Assembly (NCBI RefSeq): GCF_009914755.1
Contig: NC_060929.1
Direction: 5' to 3' (one strand)
DNA length: 64,000 bases
Source of the DNA: the human T2T-CHM13v2.0 reference genome, Homo sapiens
Under the pieces are notes generated by a model, which worked only from the letters and a program-made list of their open reading frames with translations, ran no database searches and was not told where the DNA came from. This document shows, in pieces, positions 1 to 16,919 of this stretch (positions within the stretch are counted from its first letter, which is position 1; each line of letters begins with the position of its first letter). The position numbers and the translations under genes are program-made.

Positions 1-400
1 GGGCCACTGGGATTTTAATAAGGCGCTCGCATGATGGCTTGGCTAAACATTGCCTTAGTTGCTAAATTGAGCTAAACTGCCTCATTGCGTTGTAATGGCA
101 ATTCATACGTTGCCTAATTTTTTAAAGAGGAAATACTTATCCTGCCTGCATGTTTCATAAATCCTCAACCACGTGACCTGATTTGGGGGGATTTTCTTTG
201 CCTATTTGTACAAACAAGTTAACAGGCGATGTAATTTTAAACATGCCTGAGAAATCAATGCAGAGGTGGCCATGCTGCTGTAATTTTGGAGGATTTAATC
301 GCAGATAATGCAGGGTCAGAGTTTGTCTTCAGGATTTGCTGGCCACGTTTTCACAATATTACACAGATAGGCAGGGCTTCTCATGACCAGGTCTCCAAGA
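1..400. promoter_or_regulatory. Possible conserved non-coding/enhancer-like block
   Basis: Unique sequence dense in TAAT/ATTA homeodomain-type cores (ttttaataagg, ctaaattg, gtaatggc, cctaattt, gtaatttt, ggatttaatc) with several retained CpGs. Based on composition only, with no alignment. Confidence 0.25.
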
Positions 401-3010
401 AGCTAGAAATTACACAGCCTCTTACCTAAAGAGGCCAAGGCGGGGTCCATGTCCCACTGCTGTGGAGGGGAGCCTGGCCTGTCATGTTTTCTGCTGTCCA
501 TCTAATCTTTGCATTAACCCATTAGGCATCTCTTCCCTGTTAGGCTGTTTAAGAGGCATATACACATTCACTATAAATGCAGGTTCCTTTGGAATTCCAC
601 ACACCTTTTTGAAATAAATAGATTTACTGTCTGCTGTTTTTAATTGCTTGATTCAAGGGAAACCTCTGCATCAGGCACTTCCCATGCTTGGTTTGAGGTC
701 ACCCCACCGGTCGGGCATGGTGCCAGTCTCTCGCACCAGATTCTTCATTTGACTCTGCTGTCCCCATATCCGTCTTTCTTTATTTTTGGCTCCTTTATTG
801 TTCTTCTTTCCTGACAGTATGCATAATTATGGATGCCCAGCCAGCTTCAGAGCTATGCAAATATGTATCTGCATTAATACATGTATTTGCTGTCTTCAAA
901 ATCTACATCCTAGACATGAGATTCCAGGTATAGAGTCTAAATGTGATCAGTGTTGAGAGCTGGCAAAATCTCAGTCTTTGAATACACAGTATCCATTAGT
1001 GACAACTGGCTTAGCACCACTTACACCCTTTACCACTAGTACTTAAAAGAAAGCTCTGGAATTCATGTTAGTAGGAAAAATTCCTGTCCCCCAAAAGCAA
1101 TGGAAAATGGGTAAGGTTGAGGGTTATTTACTGAGCAGGGAAAAGATTCTCCAGGTATTGTGGGCACCCTTCAGTGCCTAGATTCTGATGCATGTGTCTC
1201 TAAGAGTTAGTGTTTCCCCAGGGCTATAAAACTTCACGTCTGTGTTTTTTTGTATACACTATCTCATTTGTGAGCTATATCTGAATGTACTTTAATATAA
1301 TGACTTGCTAAGTGAGCATGCTGTGTTGGAGGGTCTTTTTCCTGGAGGGAGTCTGCGTCCAGGTGCGTGTGGGGGATGGGGAGTGGACGCTTGAGGAGCA
1401 GGTGCAGAGGTCCAGGCAGCAGGGGGCTGTGGGTGCGGGCACTGGCGCAGCTGATGCTGGCACTGCAGCTCCTTCTGAAATGAATGCTTTGTTCTGACTC
1501 AAGACTTGGCCTCAAGTCAGGCCATGGGCATAGCAGGGGTGGAAGAAGTGGGACAGGGCACTGAGGCAGTTCTCCACAGAAGGACGATGGCACCAGCAGG
1601 AGGGGCTGAGTGCTAGGCACTCAACCACACACAGTCTGGAGGAACCCAGGGATGAGCCACCCAGCACTCCCACTCAGGAGCCTGCCTCTCTCCGGAAAAG
1701 AATCAGCGCACACTTCATGCCTCTGCCAGCCGACAGATGCATTTGGCATTCCCCAGCCAGGTCCCTCGCTGCTCCTGTGAGGGCAGAAACACGTGTCTGG
1801 ATGATCACCGAGGTCACAGCCAACTATAAGGCCCACCAGCCCCAGCTGTGCCCATGCTGGCATCACCCTCAGCCTGACACCTCACCTTGCCTTGTGCCTT
1901 CCTTCTGCCATCTTCTGTGTGTGTCCTGGAGCCCCTGTCCCCTGAAGTTGGGTCTTCTGCTCTCACAGACAGACACGGCTGTGGCTGCTGCAGCCACTGA
2001 CTTAACCAGCTTCCAGGAACGCACATTCCAGCCCTTAGCCGCAAAGCAAGGTTTCTAATAGACAGGCTGCATACAGCTGGTGCTCAGCAAAAGCCCCACT
2101 GCTCCTTCAAACCCCAATGCTCTTGCCCATCCCAGCCTCCCGCTGAGACTTTCCCTACATTCAGGAATTTTACCCTCCTGGGACTGACTTAATTGGAAGC
2201 TAATGATGCTTTTCACAAGACCTTGACTATTCTGCGAGGTGGTGGTGGCCTGAAGAGGGAGTTTCTGCCTCCTTTCAGCTGTGTACTGGTTATCACCCTG
2301 AGTGTTTTGTTTCCTTTCTTTTCTTTTCCACATTGATGGCCATCCTACATAATTCGGGACACACAAAATCATTCTTGCTGAATAGAAGAATTCATAACTG
2401 ATGATGATGATAAAACAGAAGGAAATAACACAGGAAAATTGCATCATCTGGAGAACAAGATTGATTTTGGAAGAACATTGAGTTTTCTAATTCTTTGTTT
2501 CTTCTTTGCACTTAAAAAAGAAACACCTAATTGTTAAGATCTTGAGCTCAAATAAATCCCTCAATTGGTTATACTGTTTTAGGGAAGTGAAAATATCCAT
2601 CCTGCTTAAAATCATTCTTCACATTTTAAAATCATACTTAACTACAAACTTTAAAGCATTTCCCATACTTGTAACTAAATATTTGACCTTCCATTTCTTA
2701 ATGATATCTCTGGTGCTCCAGTGCGTCTGTTATATACACCACTGTGGTTTCTAAAAGTGAAAAGAAGATAGCATGCTGAAACTGTGGCTAGGACACAGCA
2801 GGAGATGAAAGCTACAATTGGGCATTTTCTGATGTTTCCATTAGGAACACAGCACAAAGTAGACCCAGGAAATTGTTTTAAATTGTCCTGCTAACTACAT
2901 ACTAATCAGGTCAGCAAACCTACCCTCTGGAGACAAGACTAACTGCACATTCACGTTCCTTCCACCTTGGGCTCTGCAACCTCAGGAACTAATCAAAGTT
3001 GTGCCTATTC

Positions 3011-3137
3011 ATTGAAAAGAGAGGTGTACATCTAATTCTCATTATTGAAAGGAGAGGTGTACATCTTATTCTTATTATTGAAAAGAGAGATGTACATCTC
3101 ATTCTTATTATTGAGAAGTGTACATCTCATTCTTATT
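3011..3137. repeat. 33-bp minisatellite, about 4 copies
   Basis: Units ATTGAAARGAGAGRTGTACATCTHATTCTYATT start at 3011, 3044 and 3077, with a shortened unit at 3110. Confidence 0.9.
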
Positions 3138-3555
3138 TTTAAATCAATGAATAAACAACTGAAATTCATCCAAAGGCAAGTTACACTTTGGCACAATAAT
3201 CTGACTATTGGATTCTTAAATGTAGCATAAAAATAAGAAATTGCATATATACGTATTTTAGGATTTAATAATTAATGTTCATATAAACATACAGTTAAAT
3301 AATTTTGTTTCCTCTACTATGGTCATTGGAAATATTTTCTAACTTCATTCTAGGACTTAACACTGGGCATACTCCAGTCACTCAAGTTTAATTGCAGCCA
3401 TTATCGTATGTTCTGACTTCTGGCTGCTTCTCCTCTTACCTCCTTTTCCCACATATCCACATCAGTTCCTGTTTGGTGAGGAGACAAGAGGCAGCAGATC
3501 TGGCTATCAAGGAGCAGACCCCACTCAACAGTGGAAGAGAGGCTGACTTTATTAC

Positions 3556-4569
3556 TTATGTAAGTAAAGGAGAGCTATGCCTGTGAGAGTCAGCTTCCCT
3601 AAGCTAAGTGGGCTTCTATCTTGTCTAGTGTGGGGTTCAGGGATTGGCACACTGTGAGGGGCGGCAGGAAGTGGGTACTCTAGTGATTTTGCTGACATTC
3701 GTGGGGGCACAGCCCCTGAAGCACCTGCACTGTGGAAATGCATCATTGACTGATTACAGGAATTTGAACAGAATCCGGTAGATCTGTGGATTGGCGTTTG
3801 AACAGGATTCTTGGAATCATGCATCTATTCACCCTGCTGTAAAGTGACATATTTTCCTCGGTGTGCTGGAACTCTATTAAAATTCTCAGCATCTCCTTTT
3901 AGGAGCCCCTCAGCCAACACTGCAGAAGAAGCTACTGGGAATTGTCCAGGTCTTCTCTAATATTGTTGACTTTTCTCTTGAAGATGGTATTCTATTCAAA
4001 ATAATCTGGTTTTCTCATTTTACACATCAATCAATGTGTGTTTGCCCTATTTGGGTCTTTGAATCCTTTGTTGAATTATCTGGTGGAGCAGTAGTTGTAG
4101 AGAAGTACTCATCAGATATTAAAACACCACACACATTATAATGAAGAGGAGATGATGGTGTTAGTCCATGATCCAGGAAGAGCGTGAAGTGCTGGCAATG
4201 GTTTAGATTACCCACAAGTTGACCAAAATAAAATCTAAGACTGTACTGTCATCCCTAACTAGTTGGCTAAAGAAAGCAATCTTGTTTGTTTTAGTCAAAG
4301 TGAAAGGTAAGCTTTTGATGACCACTTCAGGTTGTGCAGTATCTGTAAATGGAACCACTATTTCCAGGTGCCTTGCCCACCTGATGCTATTTATACACAC
4401 AGAAGCACTTTCATCTCTAGAGACGATGTTTAGGGAGACATAATCCACCAAAGTACTGGAGAATCTACAGTTGGAATGATCTGTTAGATCCACAGAACAT
4501 GTCCAAAGGTTATTTAAAGAGAGCTGAGCTATAGAGTGAGGCTGGTGATTGTCTTTAACAAGTCTAATT
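3556..4569 (-). pseudogene. Candidate decayed ~1-kb coding exon (unidentified)
   Basis: Chain of adjacent minus-strand open stretches (4577-4203, 4215-4027, and 3956-3552 with one TAG) bounded by a possible acceptor (ttgcttag|A) and donor (AA|gtaata). No homolog recognised. Confidence 0.2.
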
Positions 4570-4624
4570 CTAAGCAATTTATTTAGGGTAGCAAGGGAAG
4601 CCTGACAGATTAGGACAAAAGTGA

Positions 4625-4953
<329 letters not shown>

Positions 4954-5082
4954 TAAGGGATAAGATATGACCCCCCAAAACTACAGGACACAAGTATGCA
5001 AGAAGAAAACACAATCATCAGTGTTTCTAGGAAATTCCGGGAATGTTGTTGACATGGTTGTGGTGGAAGCTGTCTACCTGAT

Positions 5083-5858
<776 letters not shown>

Positions 5859-6269
5859 CTCTGAAGCGGAGCACTTCATCCTTTACCTGATTCCTAATCT
5901 GCCAAGCTCTACCTCTTGTGCAGTCAGACATGAAATCCTCACAAGCTTCCCAGTTTACTTTGTGGAAAAGACTGAGTTCTTTGAAACCAATAGGTTCTTC
6001 CTCTATTATATCCTACATGATCATAGGAACTTTGTTCCTAAGGTAAAGAAAAATTTGAAAGTGAGATTACTACACACTATCAATATCTTCACTGAAATTT
6101 TATTTCAAAAATTGCACTTTACCCCTAGATTAGACACCCACCTCCATGCAAAAGGCAAAGCACCTGCTGAGTTGAGTCAATTGAAAACACCATTCCAGGA
6201 GCAATGCAGGGCAGTGGCTATGAGCACAAAAGATGCACAAGGGCGGGAATCACCATCTCATTTACTGGA

Positions 6270-6655
6270 ATACCTCCACTGTCTCACACAGGGCCTGGAA
6301 CATGGCAGAAGCTCAATAAATATTGATCAACTTATTGAGAGTGCATCAGCTTTGGAGGCAGAGTTCTGGACTTGATATTAACTCCGTGACCATAATAGGT
6401 TATTGACCTCTCTGTGCCATGGTTCCAAAACCATGATAATAAATGTGTGCTTCTCTATATAAGTGAATTCATGGAAAGTTCTTAGTACAACGGAAGCACC
6501 CGTAACTGTTGACTTTTACAGTCGGCTCACTTGAATGTAAGCCCCAGAAGGGCAGGGACGCCTGCTGCTTTCACTCACGTCAGCATCCCCAGCACCCAGG
6601 TCAATGTCTGTGACACTATAGCCAGTCCATAAACATTTGTGGAATGAATAAAATT
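6270..6655. mobile_element. Degraded MIR and L2 3'-end fragments
   Basis: L2 tail motifs (ctcaataaatattga; tgtaagcccc...gggcaggga...cataaacatttgtggaatgaata) and a MIR core-like stretch (ttattgacctctctgtgcc). Confidence 0.5.
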
Positions 6656-6794
6656 ATATGTGATTACAATACTTTTATGTGTGCGTGACTAAAGAATTTC
6701 TCAATTATTTTTGTAATTATGAAATATAACTAATCTTCTCCTTTACAAATAGCCACATTTTTCTTTTTAAAACTTGTTTATTTGTATTTGAAAT

Positions 6795-7400
6795 AAAATA
6801 CCTGATATGTAGTCTTTTATCCCTTACCTCACCCTTCCCCCGCCAGTCCCCAAAGTCCATTATGTAGTTCTTATGCCTTTGCATCCTCATAGTTTAGCTC
6901 CCGCTTATTAGTGAGAATATACGATGTTTGGTTTTGAGTTACTTTATGCAGAATAATGGCCCTCAGCTCCATCCAAGTGGCTGCAAAAGAGATTATTTTG
7001 CTCCTTTTTACAGCTGAGCAGTATTTCATGGTGTATATATACCACATTTTCTTTATCCACTCATGGGTTGATGGCCACTTAGGTTGGTTCCATATCTTTG
7101 CAATTGTGAATTGCGCTGCTAAAAACATAGGTGTACCTGTTTCTTTTTCATATAATAACTTCATTTCCTTAGGGTAGGTACCCAGTAGTGGGATTGCTGG
7201 ATTGAATGGTAGTTCTACTTGTAGTTCTTTAAGGAATTGCCATACTGTTTTCCATAGTGGTTGTACTAGTTTACATTCCCATCTCCAGTGTAAAAGTGTT
7301 CCCTTTTCTCCACATCCATGCCAACATCTATTATTTTTTGGCTTTTAAATTATGGCCATTCTTGCAAGAGCGAGGTGGTATTTCATTGTGGTTTTAATTT
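6795..7400 (-). mobile_element. 5'-truncated L1 3' end (L1PB-like)
   Basis: ORF 6871-7164(-) matches the ORF2 C-terminus (FTIAKIWNQPK...WIKKMWYIYT). The 3'UTR tatgcctttgcatcctcatagtttagctccc is L1PB-type. Confidence 0.8.
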
Positions 7401-7404
7401 GTCC

Positions 7405-7612
7405 AATTTTAAGACATGGTTTCAGTCTGTTGCCCAGGCTGGAGTGCAGTGATGTGATCATAGCTTGCTGTAATCTCAAACTCCTGAGCTCAAGCAATCC
7501 TACTGACCCAGCCTCCCAAGTAGCTGAGACTGCAGGTGCCTGACATCATGTCTAGTAATTTTGCTGACATTTTTGTAGTGATGGAGTCTCATTATATTTC
7601 CAAAGCTGGTGA
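7405..7612 (-). mobile_element. Partial old Alu (AluJ-like)
   Basis: tgttgcccaggctggagtgcagt...ctcaagcaatcc...cagcctcccaagtagctg, diverged and truncated. Confidence 0.8.
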
Positions 7613-7996
7613 AATACCCCAAATTTTGAAGGGAAAAGCTAGTTTGGTCTTCCACAATTCTGAGGCCTCATTATTTTCTCAATAAAAGTAACGTCTCCTT
7701 AATTTTGATTATGCTTCTGGTGTTTTCTATATAAGTGATACGTACTATTCCTGAAATGATGCTCTATTTAAAAAGCCAAAGCAAAGTACTTTTCAAATGA
7801 ACACTTCTTTGTTTCCTATTCCTAATGTATAAATTTGCATTAAAATAGTTCAGTATGTCTTTGTAATGTTAGTTTATTTATAACACTTCCTCAATGGCTG
7901 GATGTAATCTTCAGAATCCTCATTATTTTACAAACAAAAGAATATTATAAACCAATGTAGTTCCAGACAGTCTGGCTGGTTAAAATCTGGGATAGC

Positions 7997-8377
<381 letters not shown>

Positions 8378-8889
8378 TTAATGATTGTATTATACTCTAG
8401 CAGATTAATAATAATATGGTATTTTCTCAGTGCTATTTCTTGATGTGTCTAGAATATTACTAGTCTCCCACTCTTTGGATATGTCTAATCATCCCTGAAC
8501 CAAGAAATTGTCACACTGTGCAAGAAGAATTTAAGGTGATCTCCCAAGAGAAGAATCCTTGTGTCTATGGAGAACCCACACCAAAAAGGGTGTCCTGTAT
8601 GTGATTTATGGGAATTCACTTATTATTATCTCTTGTGGATTTTAACAATACTTATTGATTACATAATTATTGATTACATAATTATATAATTAATCAGTTG
8701 TACCATGTTAAATATTGCAGTGTTTTTAGCATATGCAAATAAGAAACTAGATTTTAAGTTTTTAAGCACAAGGTGCTTGATACACCTCCTTAGAAGATGA
8801 AATCCTCTTCCTTCTTTGCACTTGAAAAAATTGTAATGATATGCTTATTTTGTGCTCAGTTTTTAAAATATTGTTTTTTTCTTAGTAAA

Positions 8890-9720
8890 GAGTTGTTAAT
8901 TATTTATTAGTTTTTCAGTCACTGTGCAAATAATTGAACATTTGGGAGTAGGTAACACAAGCAAGCTCTGCGCCTGGGAAGCTAAGATTCTAGCAAGACT
9001 GACAGTGCACACGCACACCAAGTAGCCAACCAAGATACAAATGTGCCTGTGCCAAGGATAATGTGAACAGCATACAACGATGCAGTCAGGATCAAAACTT
9101 GCTGAATAGTCAAGGAAAGCACTCCAGGGAATCATGTTTAAACTAAGTTGAGGTTGCAAATAATTCCATCTTGTCAAAAGCAGGGAAGAGTAAAGAAAAA
9201 CAGAGGGAAGATGATGATGTTGGGTGAAGCTTCTTGAGAAGGGGAGGAAGCTGTGGGTGGGCAGGAGTGCAGAAAGGCATCACAGGAGAGACTGCAGGAG
9301 GGACAGCAGTCTGAGCTTACATGCATGAAGGTTCCACCAGGGGAGCAGACTTAATTTAAAATGCAATGCAGGAAGGCAGCAAAGAGCCCTGAGATGGTGT
9401 GGTCTGACCCATGTTAGTAAGTATGGAGCAGAAACACTGTGGGTGTATGAAAAAAGGAAGTACAGAGAAGGAGTTTGTTGCCATGACTTAGAAGAGAAGA
9501 TGGTGCCTTGCTCTATGTAGGCGGCAACGCGATAGAGAGAGTGTGTCAGTCGGTTGAACATGGTGGGGAGGGAAGCCATGGGGAGAAGTTTTAGATTGGT
9601 TGATGATTCATGGTCAGGGAGAGGAAGAACCTGGAAGCACTCAACAGTTCCTGGCTGAAATCCCAGGGGAACTAATGGAACCAATTTCTAAGGCAGCAGT
9701 GAAAATGGGCATCATTGCTA
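8890..9720 (-). mobile_element. Degraded L2 fragments
   Basis: Purine-rich, diverged sequence resembling antisense L2. Boundaries approximate. Confidence 0.35.
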
Positions 9721-10300
9721 TGAATATATTCCAGTGTGTGAAGAACAATCACTTCAGGTTTACTTACTTGAGTTTTGTCTTGATTTCATAAAGACCTGCT
9801 TTTCTTGATACCTACATAGTTGTTTTTCTCATTATAAAATTTACTAGGATTATTTATTCCATATTTTAGAATTTGAATAATCAAGTATGTCCAAATATGT
9901 TTGATTATTGCATGTCACAAAATGATCTATTTATTTAAGCAGTATCCATATCTTTTTGAGCATCAGGAGATATGAAGATATTTCTATTCATATGAATATA
10001 TATGTAGAGACAGTCAGAGCTGTTGTTTCTAGATAGAAGACAGCTCCTTAAGTGAACTAACTTGTTAGCAGACTAGTTACAGATTATAACAACATTTTCA
10101 ATGTTTTCAAGTTTTGATAAAATTAGTTACATAGTTTATTAATTATAACGAGGCAATGGAGGGTGTAACTTTTTTCATACTTAGATATTTTAATATAAAT
10201 CTTTAAGTAATTGGTAGAACAAGCAGACAAAAATAGAATGTGATTTTGTACGAAATTATAAAAAATCAACATAATGAACATACACAAGAATGTTCAATTT

Positions 10301-11227
10301 GGGGGAGGAGCCAAGATGGCCGAATAGGAACAGCTCCGGTCTACAGCTCCCAGCATGAGCGACGCAGAAGACGGGTGATTTCTGCATTTCCATCTGAGTT
10401 ACCGGGTTCATCTCACTAGGGAGTGCCAGACAGTGGGCGCAGGTCAGTGGGTGCGCGCACCGTGCGCGAGCCGAAGCAGGGCGAGGCATTGCCTCACTTG
10501 GGAAGCGCAAGGGGTCAGCGAGTTCCCTTTCTGAGTCAAAGAAAGGGGTGACAGACGGCACCTGGAAAATCGCTGATTGCTAGCACAGCAGTCTGAGATC
10601 AAACTGCAAGGTGGCAGCCAGGCTAGGGGAGGGGCGCCCGCCATTGCCCAGGCTTGCTTAGGTAAACAAAGCAGCCGGGAAGCTCAAACTGAGTGGAGCC
10701 CACCACAGCTCAAGGAGGCCTGCCTGCCTCTGTAGGCTCCACCTCTGGGGGCAGGGCACAGACAAACAAAAAGACAGCAGTAACCTCTGCAGACTTAAAT
10801 GTCCCTGTCTGACAGCTTTGAAGAGAGCAGTGGTTCTCCTAGCACACAGCTGGAGATCTGAGAACAGGCAGACTGCCTCCTCAAGTGGGTCCCTGACCCC
10901 TGACCCCCAAGCAGCCTAACTGGGAGGCACCCCCCAGTAGGGGCACACTGACACCTCACACGGCCGGATACTCCTCTGAGATAACACTTCCAGAGGAACT
11001 ATCAGACAACAGCATTCGCGGTTCACGAAAAACCACTGTTGTGCAAACACCGCTGCTGATACCCAGGCAAACAGGGTCTGGAGTGGACCTCTAGCAAACT
11101 CCAACAGACCTGCAGCTGAGGGTCCTGTCTGTTAGAAGGAAAACTAACAAACAGAAAGGACATCCACACCAAAAACACATCTGTACATCACCATCATCAA
11201 AGACCAAAAGTAGACAAAACCACAAAG
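10301..11227 (+). promoter_or_regulatory. L1 5'UTR internal sense/antisense promoter
   Basis: YY1 site CAAGATGGCC intact at 10312-10321, CpG-rich first 300 bp, SOX-type AACAAA sites, and a ~108-bp deletion at ~10572 relative to recalled consensus. Confidence 0.85.
10444..10644 (-). CDS. L1 ORF0 variant (internally deleted, 66 aa)
   Basis: MAGAPPLAWLPPCSLISDCCASNQR matches the ORF0 N-terminus and joins directly to FSRC. Expression unproven. Confidence 0.55.
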   Translation of the reverse strand: MAGAPPLAWLPPCSLISDCCASNQRFSRCRLSPLSLTQKGNSLTPCASQVRQCLALLRLAHGARTH

Positions 11228-12241
11228 ATGGGGAAAAAACAGAGCAGAAAAACTGGAAACTCTAAAAAGCAGAGCACCTCTCCTCCTCCAAAGGAACGCA
11301 GTTCCTCACCAGCAATGGAACAAAGCTGGATGGAGAATGACTTTGACGAGTTGAGAGAAGAAGGCTTCAGATGATCAAACTACGAGCTACAGGAGGAAAT
11401 TCAAACCAAAGGCAAAGAAGTCAAAAACTTTGAAAAAAATTTAGACGAATGTATAACTAGAATAACCAATACAGAGAAGTGCTTAAAGGAGCCGATGGAG
11501 CTGAAAGCCAAGGCTCGAGAACTACATGAAGAATGCAGAAGCCTCAGGAGCTGATGAGATCAACTGGAAGAAAGGGTATCAGCGATGGAAGATGAAATGA
11601 ATGAAATGAAGCGAGAAGGGAAGTTTAGAGAAAAAAGAATAAAAAGAAACGAACAAAGCCTCCAAGAAATATGGGACGGTGTGAAAAGACCAAATCTACA
11701 TCTGATTGGTGTACCTGAAAGTGACGGGGAGAATGGAACCAAGTTGGAAAACACTCTGCAGGATATTATCTAAGAGAACTTCCCCAATCTAGCAAGGCAG
11801 GCTAACATTCAGATTCAGGAAATATAGAGAATGCCACAAAGATATTCCTCGAGAAGAGCAACTCCAAGACACATAATTGTCAGATTCACCAAAGTTGAAA
11901 TGAAGGAAAAAATGTTAAGGGCAGCCAGAGAGAAAGGTCAGGTTACCCGCAAAGGGAAGCCCATCAGACTAACAGCAGATCTCTCGGCAGAAACTCTACA
12001 AGCCAGAAGAGAGTGGGGGCCAATATTCAATATTCTTAAAGAAAAGAATTTTCAACCCAGAATTTCATATCCAGCCAAACTAAGCTTCATAAGTGAAGGA
12101 GAAATAAAATCCTTTACAGACAAGCAAATGCTGAGAGATTTTGTCACCACCAGGCCTGCCCTAAAAGAGCTCCTGAAGGAAGCGCTAAACATGGAAAGGA
12201 ACAACCGGTACCAGCCGCTGCAAAATCATGCCAAAATGTAA
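11228..12241 (+). pseudogene. L1 ORF1, inactivated
   Basis: ATG at 11228 and native stop at 12239-12241. In-frame premature stops at 11372 (TGA), 11552 and 11555 (TGA TGA), 11771 (TAA) and 11825 (TAG). Confidence 0.95.
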
Positions 12242-12277
12242 AGACCATCGAGACTAGGAAGAAACTGCATCAACTAA

Positions 12278-16132
<3,855 letters not shown>

Positions 16133-16919
16133 ACAATGAGAACACATGGACACAGGAAGGGGAACATCACACTCTGGGGACTGTTGTGGGGTGGCGGGGG
16201 GGAAGGATAGCATTGGGAGATATACCTAATGCTAGAAGACGAGTTAGTGGGTGCAGCGCACCAGCATGGCACATGTATACATATGTAACTAACCTGCACA
16301 TTGTGCACATGTACCCTAAAACTTAAAGTATAATAATAAATAAATAAATAAGAATGTTCAATTTAAGTGAATGCAGAACATTTATTAAATGTATCATATG
16401 ATCAACCATGTAATTAACATAGAAATATAAATAAAATATATAAAGATTGGAAGGAAAGAAATGCAATATGGCAAGAAAAGTAAAGAAAAGATACACTTAG
16501 AGAGGAACAAATGAAACTGTTCTAATTTGCAAATGACATATTTTTGTATGTAGAAAATCTAAAACGATTTGCAAACAATTAAAATATACGTAAATTTATC
16601 AGGTCACTGAATATAAGGTCAAGGTACAAAAATCAAATATATGCTATAGATTAGCAAAGTGATGAAAAGTGAACTATAAAAGACAAATTGTGTATATTAT
16701 TATCAAAACCAACAGAATGTTTAGAATGAAACCTAACAGGAGATGTGCAAGACCTCTACACTGAAAACTAAAAAATATACAGGAGGAAAAATGGAAGATG
16801 ATCTATATAAGGAAGAATATACAAAGACCATATGTTGGAAGGGTTAATATTTTTAAAGGAACAATTTCTACAAATTGAGATATAGATTTGAGGCAATCCT
16901 GAGCAAAATGGCATCAGAA

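Noticed and set aside
10560-10585. 5'UTR deletion as a spliced integrated L1 (SpIRE)
   Set aside because: The recalled deleted segment has no GT...AG boundaries on either strand. TCG microhomology fits a DNA-level deletion better.
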